Source: Amphiscolops sp. MND2022
Taxonomy: Eukaryota
Direction: 5' to 3'
DNA: 64,000 bases
Assembly (NCBI GenBank): GCA_964187785.1
Contig: OZ076409.1
Span: 66,652,001-66,716,000 of the forward strand
How positions within the stretch are numbered: position 1 is the stretch's first letter; each line of letters begins with the position of its first letter. The position numbers and the translations under genes were made by a program. The notes below the pieces were generated by a model. It was not told the DNA's origin. It was given only the letters and a program-made list of their open reading frames with translations, and did no database searches. Below, in pieces: positions 1 through 9,900 of the stretch.

Positions 1-1260
1 ACTGATAAAGGTACTGCATTTACTTCTACAATTATTGCGGAGGTTACGCAGATTTTGGGCATCACACTCAAATGTGCAACGACAAAACACCCGCAGACAA
101 TTGGGAAATTGGAGCGAACTCATGCCTCATTGAAAACAAATCTCAAAATGGCATGTGGGGAATATCGCCGACAGTGGCACAAATACTTGCCATTAGCAGT
201 ACTGAACCATAATACAAGCTATCACGCCAGCATCGGTTGTGAGCCAACGAGAGTATTTCATGGAAGAATTCCATTTAATATTTTGGATCACAAGCTTGGA
301 AATAATCCAAACGAGCAAATTAACCCCACAACCGAATTTGCTGAAGAGATCCAAAACCGGACAAAAATCCTGATTGACAAAACAAAGCAGAACATTATGC
401 AGTCGTATATCAAGTACAAAGAATATTACGACCGCAAAGCAAAAGCCGCTCCACTAAAGGAGAACGAATACTGTTTTGTCCTACAGCCGAAAGCGGACAA
501 TCAGGGATCAAAAATTCCATTCCGCGATTACCGTTGGGTTGGACCATTTGTAGTCCAAAAGGTTTTGCCAAATGAAAACTATATAGTAAGACGGATCAAT
601 ACGAACAAAACCCAAATTTTGCATCGCATTCGTCCTAAAAAGTTTGTCCCTAATCAGCCTCTTGAGGACAATTTCCAAGAACAACAGTTGCAGCCAGACG
701 AAGAAATTGTCATTCCGCAAGATGATTTATACGTCATAACGTGGGAAACCGACTTTGGCGAGCAGCTAGTTACACGAGGCAACGAGACTATTCCGACCAG
801 CATGCCGAATGGCGAACGACCGAATGCGGCAGAAACGAATACAAATGACGTAGCCGAGAATGAAGCGGATTACATAATCACGAGTGACAAAACAAACTAC
901 GCTGACCACGCGGCGCGGAACCGGAATGAAAGATTAAATCATGACGTCACAAAAAGGAATGAAGCTAGTGAAGCGACTAGCAACAGCAAATCTGATTGGC
1001 CGAATCCGGCCGTTTACCCCAAAGGACGAGAAAAAACTTTACCGAATACGGATAAAAGACCAAAAAATGATGAAATTCTCCCAGAAAGAAATTTGACGAA
1101 TGAAAATGACGCACAAAATTCTCCGAAAAGGGGGGATGATATTATCGTGCCCGAAATATCCGAAAACGATGCTAGAAATGAAAGTCTGAGCCCTAGAGGA
1201 GGGAAATATAATCTCAGGCCTAACCCTAACCCAACATACTCAGAAGACTTTAGATACTAG
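1..1260 (+). CDS. pol: Gypsy pol polyprotein C-terminus (integrase core, GPY/F-type region, disordered tail); 5'-partial
   Basis: Frame open from base 1: TDKGTAFTS...HPQTIGKLERTHASLK (D,D35E core), WVGPFVVQKV motif, terminal GKYNLRPNP motif; no stops. Confidence 0.95.
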   Translation, partial: TDKGTAFTSTIIAEVTQILGITLKCATTKHPQTIGKLERTHASLKTNLKMACGEYRRQWHKYLPLAVLNHNTSYHASIGCEPTRVFHGRIPFNILDHKLGNNPNEQINPTTEFAEEIQNRTKILIDKTKQNIMQSYIKYKEYYDRKAKAAPLKENEYCFVLQPKADNQGSKIPFRDYRWVGPFVVQKVLPNENYIVRRINTNKTQILHRIRPKKFVPNQPLEDNFQEQQLQPDEEIVIPQDDLYVITWETDFGEQLVTRGNETIPTSMPNGERPNAAETNTNDVAENEADYIITSDKTNYADHAARNRNERLNHDVTKRNEASEATSNSKSDWPNPAVYPKGREKTLPNTDKRPKNDEILPERNLTNENDAQNSPKRGDDIIVPEISENDARNESLSPRGGKYNLRPNPNPTYSEDFRY

Positions 1261-1503
1261 AAAAGATTGAATTTTGGCCAGGAGACAAGCCTTGGACCTA
1301 TTCCTTTTCTTCTATCATTTCATTTCTTTTATTTTTTCAGTCCCATGCAACATGGTATTTTTTGAATAAATAATGGGACAACCGAAGAACCCCTTTCAGG
1401 TAAATAAATACAGAGGCATTGCAACAAATGGAGATACAAAAGACAACAAAACAGAAAAATAACAAAGTTTACAGTTCATAAGTACATAAATACATATGTA
1501 CAA

Positions 1504-4500
1504 TTAGTCCTTAGAACAACCGGCAGGAGATTCTCTGACGACGGACGAGGCTCTCGAGCGGGATCTGCTCCTCTCCATGCGCTTCCGTTTGCGGTCACCG
1601 GGCGGGACTACTGCAGGCATATCTCCAACGCTGGAAGACGTTGTCTCATCGAGGCCCACTTCACCTAATCCAGAAAGGGCGGAACGATATGACGTAAGAA
1701 GGGACTTGTAAATTCTATTCCTACCAAACTCGTCAACGGAAGTCCAGGGGTCGTATGAGGCAGATGAGACAGTTTGACTGAAGGAGGCAGAAAGCAGAGA
1801 AAACTTAGCCAAACTAGAGTCACTGATACAGAAGGCAGTGGAGTCCGGAACCCCTGACAGATAACTCTGGACGGGTAAAACCACGTCTGTGAGTCTGTTC
1901 TGATGTTTTGTAGTGTTGGCAGTTCCAATACGTACTGTTGGGTATTGAGGACTTTCAGACGTAATGCATAAACAACTCAACTTGAATAGATATAACAGAC
2001 GACTATGCTCCTGCATAAAGTCAAGATTGACAAGGAAATCAATAAGATCCGGTGATCCCTGGCTAACATCGAATGAAGGAAGAGATGAAGCCTTGAGATG
2101 GTCCAATAGCTCCACGTACTCGTCCCGGCAGGTGGACTCATTTGCTAGACTGACCCAAGACCTGAGCTGAAAGGTCCGATATAATAAGTCGAAGTGACGT
2201 AGCGCTACTTCAGTGGGCCTTTTTACCAATTTATAAGGGTCAAAAGCAGCAAGGCCACGAACAAGATTAGAGCAGAGTCCGGCCTGGTGAAGAACACCCC
2301 CTATCAGGAACTGGATGAAATTTTGGCAGTCTCGGACGAAATCATTCTTGATGGTTTCTGCGGTCTTCTGCACTGCGGACCTGTCAGATTTCTTCCCAGA
2401 ATGGATGCCTTCTGATTTTTGCCTACTAGCTTTAGCAACTTTGTTCTTCATATTCAGTCGAGTGAGGAACTCATCAACTGGGAGGAATGCCCCCTCACTG
2501 GTTTGGAAGTTTAGAAGCAAGAACCACGAATTTTCGAGAGGGATGGTATCAGGAGCATAACACCGGAAGCACAGTCTGTAGACGTAACGGGCAACTTCCC
2601 CGCAAAGATAGAAGCAGGAATCACGTCCCTTATGCAAGTTGGAGGAGAAACTAGAGTCGTCTAAAACACAAGATACTTAGGTGTATTGGTCCAAAAGGAA
2701 AATCCTAGACTATCAAAACAGACTAACAATCACTAATGAGGTGATAGAAGAATTCCAACTTCACTGGAAAGAACTCATCACAGATGAGTGACCATTCAAA
2801 GCTCTGAACCTGCAACAAAAGGTTTACGGTGCGACTTCAAGACTTCCCCGTTTAATAGGAAAAGACGAAACCTGAGTTGAGACACTTACTCTAGTTCTGA
2901 CTCCTTGGCCCAGTTGTTTGGGAGAGTGCTCGGTAAGGAAAGAGACCACGGACTTCCACTCGTCCATGAGTTCTTGACACAAGAAAGGCAGTGTAGACAG
3001 GTCTAGATCGCTCTTGGAAATAGCCTAAAGAAAAGGCGGAGCCACTGCAATAACCCGTCTAGAAACCCTTAGGAGTGCGAGTTAGTGCTACAATATGATA
3101 CGAGCGCCCACTTACTTTGGCCAGTTCGGGACTGCGCTGTATCCAGTCCTCATCGGTCAACCCGCCCAGGGAGATGACCAAGCCGCGTAGCACTGAGAAG
3201 AAGTCTATGTGGCCGAAGACACTGTAGTTCTTCTTGTGCATCAACTTGGACAGATTGAGCTGGTTGAACCTGAAGCAGCTCTGAACAGCCCGCACTGAAG
3301 TTGGGAGCTCATCTATGGTCCGGATTAGGTCGGCCGGACACCCAGAACAGGCCACTACGTCTGCCTTTGTTGAAATTGCAGACAAGAGTCGCGCCATGGA
3401 ACCTAACTCTCCAGTGAGGTCGGTGGTGGGTAGCCTACTGCGACAAGCGATGACCTTGCAAAGATATTGACCCTTCCAGAACCTCACGGACATGAAGCGG
3501 TTGGGCCCCTGGTCTTCAAATTCCAAGGCAAAGCATTGCAGACTGGAAATTTGGTCAGCGACGTCACTCATGGCGCAGTTGAAGAAATGCTGGAATATTG
3601 CCTAAAATGGACACAGACCAAATATTAATAACCCAGAAAGGGAAAAGTCCTGTGAGAAGGGAAAGCAAATAACACTTACAGTCATCCTCTCTTCTCCCCA
3701 GTCGAAGTCGCAAAGGGAAGCTTGATGGTCAGTAATGGAACTGACTTTGGCCCACATGCTCCGGAGGATGGTGATGTCGCCATAGCTCTGGATGAAATCA
3801 GCTACCATGCTTAGCTGAGTTCTTGCTCGGGACTCGGGAGTAACCAAGGGAGTAGTCCTACCTCGAACGAAATCCTCGTAGAAAGGAAAACGTTCTCCAA
3901 TATCCACTAACTCCACATGGATAAACTTGGGGAGCTCCTTGGCCAGTTCTATCTTGCTCAAGATCTTCCCATTTCTGCCTCGGACTCGGTGTTGGGTCTT
4001 GAGCGTAATTGGATCGGTACTTTTCAGATACTCGTACCTCCACCTCTGGTCCCGTCTAAGATGTTTCTCAGTTCTGTGGTGCCTGAGTATCTCCATTGTC
4101 CCTTTACTTCTAATGGAGAAATTCTTCTTACAAAGGTGACACCAGACCATGAAGGGGTTGTGGATCGGATCCGCTGGCCCAGAGATAAACGACCGGGTCC
4201 AACCGATTTTTGCGAAGAACTCCTCTCGCATTGGGACTCCACGTTGAGGTAGTCTCTTGCCCTTCGGGGTCTTCTTACTCGGCAACTTGGTCGTAGACCG
4301 CAGTGACTGTTCTCTCACCTCAGATAAAGTGATATCCTGACTGCTTCGGTCAGTTTCTTGACTACCAGTCTGCATAACTCCTGGCTGCTCTGTAGGTGAA
4401 ACAATCGGGACGTCTGTGGTTTTGACTGAAGTTTCAAAAGAGGCCGAAATCAAGGCCATTTCGCCAGCACTGTCGCTTTCTCCGAATGAGGAAGAGTCGC

Positions 4501-5629
4501 CAAGTGTGCCCCGGTCTATGGTGTCATGTCCCTCTGAATCCGTAGTTGACAAGTCACCGGTCCCGGCGTCGCTGGAATCGCTATCAACTTGCCTGTAAGG
4601 AGTCTGTGCTCTGGTCCTTGATTTGAAATGGTCAGTGCGTGATGGGGCGATTGTAGGACTGCCCCGGACTGCATCCAGGATCATTCTTTCCATAGTAGAA
4701 TGTGACATCCGAAGCGTTTCGTCAGTTAAGATGCGTAACAGGTGATACACCTGAGACTCTGTGAAGGCAACTGCTGTTTGTCCTGGTGGGAACCGAAAGG
4801 CATGTGTCTCATCGAAATAAGTTTTCAGTATGGCTCGTGCCCTTCCAGAAAGTTCAGGAGGCTGGACGTCAAAGCCTTGAGAAGTGGATGCCTGTGGGTC
4901 GGTCTGGTGCTGCCTGAAGACGGTAGTGTCAGGGCATTCACTGGTCTCTCTTCCAGATTCAGACATTCCAGGAATATCTCCATAGAGTGAAGGACATTCG
5001 GTACTGCTCGCCTCCCCGGTTGTCTTCTCAGCCTCACTCAAGTCGGTCAAGAACCGGACTTTGTGTTCCTGGGTGGGCAGCATAGGAACTTCATATACAG
5101 AAGATTCGCCATACTCGTCATCCAAGGTCCTCCTAACTGGCGGAACAACGGTCTCCGCTTCAGTGGCAGGAAGGAGCTCAGGTAATTGGGATCCAGGGTT
5201 GTTTACAACTGTTAGACCTGCCTCTAATGTGTGCAAGCTAGCTTGGGATATTCCAGCAGTCTCCACCGGTATTGGGGTGCTAGACCGAACGGGGACTAAA
5301 CTCTGGGGAACATAGTCATTAGTGGAAGCCTCAGGATTGGCCGTCATCAAATTGGGATCACTGGTAGGTGATCGTTCGTGTACTTGGCTCTGCTCGACCT
5401 CCATTTCTTGCACTTTAGCTTCTGCATAGGCATTCACGTCTACCTCACTTTCGACGCCTTGAGGAGAAATCACAGATCTGGCGATGTACGCCACACTTGG
5501 AACTGTACCTTCATTGGAAATTGTTTGCGGCAGCCCAGAAGGGCTTGATGCGTTCTCAATCTCAGAAGCCTGATTATCTAAACGAAAAGAGATAAAGTTT
5601 AGCGGTATGCTTCCTTGAAAAGTGTCCAT
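1504..5629 (-). CDS. 5-exon antisense gene, 1269 aa: disordered N-terminus + BED-like Zn finger + hAT-transposase-like domain. Exons 5629-3680, 3601-3116, 3024-2890, 2809-2728, 2660-1504
   Basis: Four short GT-AG introns (78, 91, 80, 67 nt; donors GTAAGT x3, GTTAGT; acceptors TTTAG x3, TGCAG) join three ORF-track ORFs and two small exons in frame (phases 0,0,0,1; 3810 nt). Finger WCHLCKKNFSIRSKGTMEILRHHRTEKH at ~4147-4061. Confidence 0.85.
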
Positions 5630-6683
5630 TTTACCGCGTTGGAAATCTTCCGGAAGTGTCTTGAAAATTGAATGAAGCGTGCTTTCACGCGTCTAGTTGA
5701 TGGAAACAGGAAGCGTCATGTGAACAATGTTTAGCCTTGATCAAGCTAAGCTTGTTTGAAAGAAAGAGAAAATCAAACCAACCTGGATTGGAAGACATGT
5801 TGCCGTAATGTTACTCGTACAGTAAATGCTCTCGTCGGGCGAAAGAAGCTGAGGGAAATGGCCGTGGGTGGACTGAAGTTAGAGGCCCTAGTGCTGCAGA
5901 GAGGGGATCGACAGCAGAGTTAGAGACAAAGGGAAGATGAATATCAGCTAGGAGAATCCCAGTAAGGGAAACAATTGATATATAAATAGAATTCGAATGG
6001 AATTAAAGATGAATAAAGGAATTGGAAAGTTGGAGTTCGTGGCTGAAGAAATTACCAGACTAATATTATATAGTTATTTACATATTTATAATAGTGCATG
6101 GAGTCTGCCAGCGAAATGCACAGAACAACCTCACCTTTCTACAGATTATCCAATTAATGGCCGGTTAAGGCCATTCGCCTTATTTTATTCTGCCGGGTTG
6201 TCCCATTACCCTAATTATCTCCACGCGAAATTATCGCCATTTGGAATTATTCGGGATTATTATTTTCCGCCATTTTATTATTCAATTTTACAATTTATCA
6301 AAGCTCAATTCTGATTGGCTGAAGCCCATTTTGAGAAAACTTTGCGACGCATGCCGTTAATTGCTTACAAGCGACCCGTTAATTACCCACTTGAGACTGG
6401 TGTAGTTGATATTAAAAATTCAAGCGTCATTCACACCTCTCATAGTGATGACGCCGATGAGGGGTAAACACTGAAATATCAAAGGGTGCCGATTAGTTAT
6501 GGAATTCCATTCAGGAAAGTTTACGACGGATCAGGACGACTAACCGATGTTTTAACCGCCAAATTGGAAACTTCGGAAAAGCCTTACTGGGCTAAATTCT
6601 TGAATCGGATAAATTCATTCTACCTAAAACTTCACCTCAAATCAGTTGCCTTATCAGCTTCAAAAATCGCTAAAAAACTAATA

Positions 6684-7466
6684 ATGAGTAAGTTCAACCT
6701 CTCAAGAAAGTTGTTTGACTTTGAGGAATATGAATCCGATGATTCTAGCAAATCAGTAATCTACATATCCAGTAGTGAAGAAGAATCCTCAGACTGGGAG
6801 ACCGATTGTTCGACAGATACCGAGCAGCTAATTGCCCGGATTGAAAGGGAAGTTACTTCCAGTCCCGTGCTAATCGGGGGCAGGATAATGACCATGGATG
6901 AGCCTGAAGATGAAGCGAGAGCAGGGCCAAGTACGTCTCATGTAGAAGAAGGAACGACACCGAAACTGGGCATTAAATATTTTGACAGGGAAATGTGTTA
7001 TGCCCCGCCAAGGAGAATTGAAAAGAAACGCATAGAGCTCTGTAACACAATAATACCCGTCCTAGAATCGCCAATGTCACCTCCGGAACACGAGAGAGGG
7101 CCAAGCTTGGACACTCCCCTTGCACAGTCAATCACGAGTAACTTCCATGCGTCCTACCATGTGCAAAACACAGTGCCCTATCAAAATGTCAGTGCGGTGC
7201 CTTATACGGGATGCATGGTTTGCGGCCGTTCAGTGGACTCGATCAAGAACGAGAAGGTGGAATGGTACATGCAGCGATCCACACCCAGAGATGAGCCTGA
7301 GCACATCACCAGGCTTAGGAAGGAAGCGTACGAGAACGGACTTAACGCCGGCTGTTTTCTTTTTATTACTCCCGCAGTGTCGCAGGCTGCCGCCTGTGAC
7401 GGTACGAGTGTGACAACGTCGGCAACTGGACAAGAATTCGTACCCGGAACATTACCCATTTATTAA
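6684..7466 (+). CDS. Retroelement accessory ORF3 (~260 aa from first ATG): acidic/Ser-rich N-terminus, CxxC, C-terminus inside the LTR
   Basis: ORF track 6486-7466 (GTG start); first ATG at 6684. VIYISSSEEE and GCMVCG motifs; the SxAAACDG-like peptide recurs at the start of all four LTRs. Confidence 0.7.
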   Translation: MSKFNLSRKLFDFEEYESDDSSKSVIYISSSEEESSDWETDCSTDTEQLIARIEREVTSSPVLIGGRIMTMDEPEDEARAGPSTSHVEEGTTPKLGIKYFDREMCYAPPRRIEKKRIELCNTIIPVLESPMSPPEHERGPSLDTPLAQSITSNFHASYHVQNTVPYQNVSAVPYTGCMVCGRSVDSIKNEKVEWYMQRSTPRDEPEHITRLRKEAYENGLNAGCFLFITPAVSQAAACDGTSVTTSATGQEFVPGTLPIY

Positions 7467-9235
7467 TTGGGATAATTTACAAACTTAGAACTTTCATACT
7501 GTTTTGTTATTCAATACGTAATATGTTTGTTGATGTTGTTAGCTTCGATATATATGTACTTGCACATGTAAAATTAGTCTGTTAAAAGTCACATTTGAAG
7601 ATTCAAATAGTGTATTTGTAACTTCAAAAGATTGAAAGGCGCTTTGCTATTGTAAACGTAATACGTGACAATGTAGCTGTACAGTAGAAAGGAAACGAGT
7701 TCAAGTGAACGAAACTCCTATTCCGGAGACGTCACTTGAGCTCAACTCCTTAGCCAATCACGTTGCTCCTTTTCTATAAGTAATACCACTTTGATTATGT
7801 AATGGCCGAGTATGGCCAATTGACTCAATAATTGTGCCTTTTAGTCAAACGGCCGGTACCGGCCACTTCGTTGGAATAGCCTGTATGTGTGTTAATTGGG
7901 TGTACTAATCGTAAATTACTGTAAATGTACTCTTAATAATGAATGAAAGCCCCAATGCCGCGCAATGAGCTTAATAAACCTAGTACTCACTCAAAAGCCG
8001 AATAAGGCTTTTTCCCTCTTTTATTACAGTGCTGAAATAATAAACCGGATTTGTCCATCTTCGGCATTGTCAGAAAGTGTGTTATTTTAATAATGCTGTA
8101 TTATTTTAAGCAGAACTGATCATGTAATATTTAATCTAGTTCCTACTCACGTTGAATAATAGGCGCGTGGTAACGCGTGTCACAAGCACATTCCGAAGAG
8201 ATGCCTTTTGCATTCCTTCAATAGACATTGGTATTTGTTGACAGGATGATGTTGATGATGTTTATAAACACGACACTTGAAGGTGCTGCTTGTGTACCCT
8301 GTTAAATATCATTCTTTTGATGTTGAATTCCTAAGGACTACCCTGAAACTAGGAATTTTCCCAATCGGGACATCACCCTAAAATATCTGCTTTGAAGTGT
8401 TGAACACCCTACCCGATGCTGTAATAACACTTGTCACATGACCCGTTGAGGCCATAGTCATATGATGTTTTCTTGATCAAAGAATTTGTGGAATGTGAGT
8501 GTGATCTTTTTAGGAGTATATATAGCTATATTTCTGTAAAAAAGGACACAAATCCCATACCTTTACTTTGATAAAGATTGAATTAATACAACGACTTTTG
8601 TCAGTTTTCCGGTTTTGATAATTGAATTATTCAACCGGGTTCTGTCTTAATGCCTACCACTAGAAAGCAAAAGAAAGCGAGAAAGTCTAGGGGACTTGAG
8701 ATGTTATCAGATATTGAAAATCTGGATATCATGTTAGGCGAAAACCATTTTGGTGCACGAGAAAGAGAAGGTAGCCTGAATAGCAATTTACCTAGGAGGT
8801 CTAGGAGTTTTGCTAGTAATGAGTCTGACAATGGGGACGGGAACGGAAGTAGACCCAGGGGAAATATTGAACCTAGGATGAGTGCCGAGTGTGATCGCAA
8901 TTCTATCACAGGTGATTCTAGCGCTGAAATAAACAGATTGTCTAGCGAACTGAACTCTCGTATTTCACGGGAAATGGATGAGATGATGAATTCCGTAAGT
9001 GTCCAAATACAGAGAGCCATAAACGACGCGATAAGTACTCAAGTACTTCCTCAAATCCAAAATGTTATAATGGCCGAACCAGGACACAGGATCAGAAAGG
9101 GATGGGACGTTCCGGCCGAGAGACCGGAACCAAATTCCGAAGTTCAGCGAGACCTTAACGCAAAGAGTAGCTTAAGAAACGAACAATATGTGAATCAATT
9201 GAACGGTGATTACCCTGACCTAAATGTTCATGACA
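7378..9235 (+). repeat. 3' LTR (1858 bp) of the cargo-bearing Gypsy element
   Basis: Starts TGTCGCAGG like the solo LTRs, ends CATGACA; contains a TATA-like box (~8516) and the MPTTRKQKK ORF. Confidence 0.9.
8650..9235 (+). CDS. LTR-encoded N-terminal ~195 codons of a putative gag ORF (open through the LTR end)
   Basis: MPTTRKQKKARKSR...LSDIENLDIMLG...RISREMDEMMNSVSVQIQRAI...VLPQIQ has homologues in all four LTRs; the frame is open across the terminal CA. The gag identity is inferred from position only. Confidence 0.6.
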
Positions 9236-9299
9236 CTAATTTTTTTAAAGCTTCTATTACAACACTTTTGGAGTATTAATAATTAAACGCTTAGTTTTT

Positions 9300-9900
9300 A
9301 TAAGCCATCAAGAAACTTCTAGAAGTAAAAAAGGCGCGTATATTGTTTTAATTCCTTTAAAATTAAAAATTCCATATTGTTTTAATTCCATTGCGCGTTA
9401 ATTACCATCAAGTGCTGATAAAAACTATGAGTTTTATTTTATGTACCAATTACGTAAAAATTGGAAAACGTGGGTGCCCAAATGTAAAAGAAAAATCAAC
9501 AGAACTCGGATCTTCGGGGACATCAGAAAATTTTTGGCACAATAGTTAAAAATCTCATTTTGGGTCCTAAAATCTTCGTGGTGTCGTTTGGCTAAAATAG
9601 TCTCTCGAAAAAATTGAAAGCAGAACACAAAAATGATGACAACGCGTTCAGTGTAACAAACGAAACATGAAACCCTAACCCGAAGCGTTTCAGCATCTTG
9701 TAATCAGAGCAAACCAAGATACACATGTTATGGTTGACAAAAGAAATGTGAAGATTGTCATTCGCGATGAAAATTGACTCAAGAAATTACATCCAAGAAA
9801 GTTGGCCAGACTTCAGATTCTGTTCTCAGTTCCAAAAAACTGATATACCATCAAAAACGCAAAGAAGTTCGAAGAAAAGAAAGCTGTGATTAATCTTAGC
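9300..9900 (-). pseudogene. Degenerate paralogue of the GPCR at 18015-19205 (TM4-TM7 remnant)
   Basis: FFRETILAKRHHEDF..QNEIFNYCAKNF vs LFRETAMAKRHHEG..QSEFLYQCAKSF; CILVCSDYKMLKRFGL vs CVLGCTDFKFLKYIGL; frameshifts and stops. Ends approximate. Confidence 0.8.

Larger units (their letters stand above)
1..9235 (+). mobile_element. 3' half of a large Ty3/Gypsy LTR retrotransposon with cargo genes (integrase end, antisense spliced gene, ORF3, 3' LTR)
   Basis: Integrase at 1-1260, then ~6.1 kb of intact extra ORFs, then an LTR (7378-9235, TG...CA) homologous to three TSD-flanked solo LTRs in the window. The 5' part lies outside the window; predicted TSD CTAAT (9236-9240). Confidence 0.85.

Noticed and set aside
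1219..1236. Telomere-like CCTAACCCTAACCC
   Set aside because: Only ~2 units, encoding PNPNP in the integrase tail.
1261..7377. Cargo as an independently inserted hAT transposon
   Set aside because: No TIRs or 8-bp TSD spotted, catalytic residues look lost, and ORF3 runs into the LTR; disfavoured but not excluded without other copies.
6486..7466. ORF3 as an env gene
   Set aside because: No signal peptide, furin site/fusion peptide arrangement or clear TM anchor; too short and acidic.
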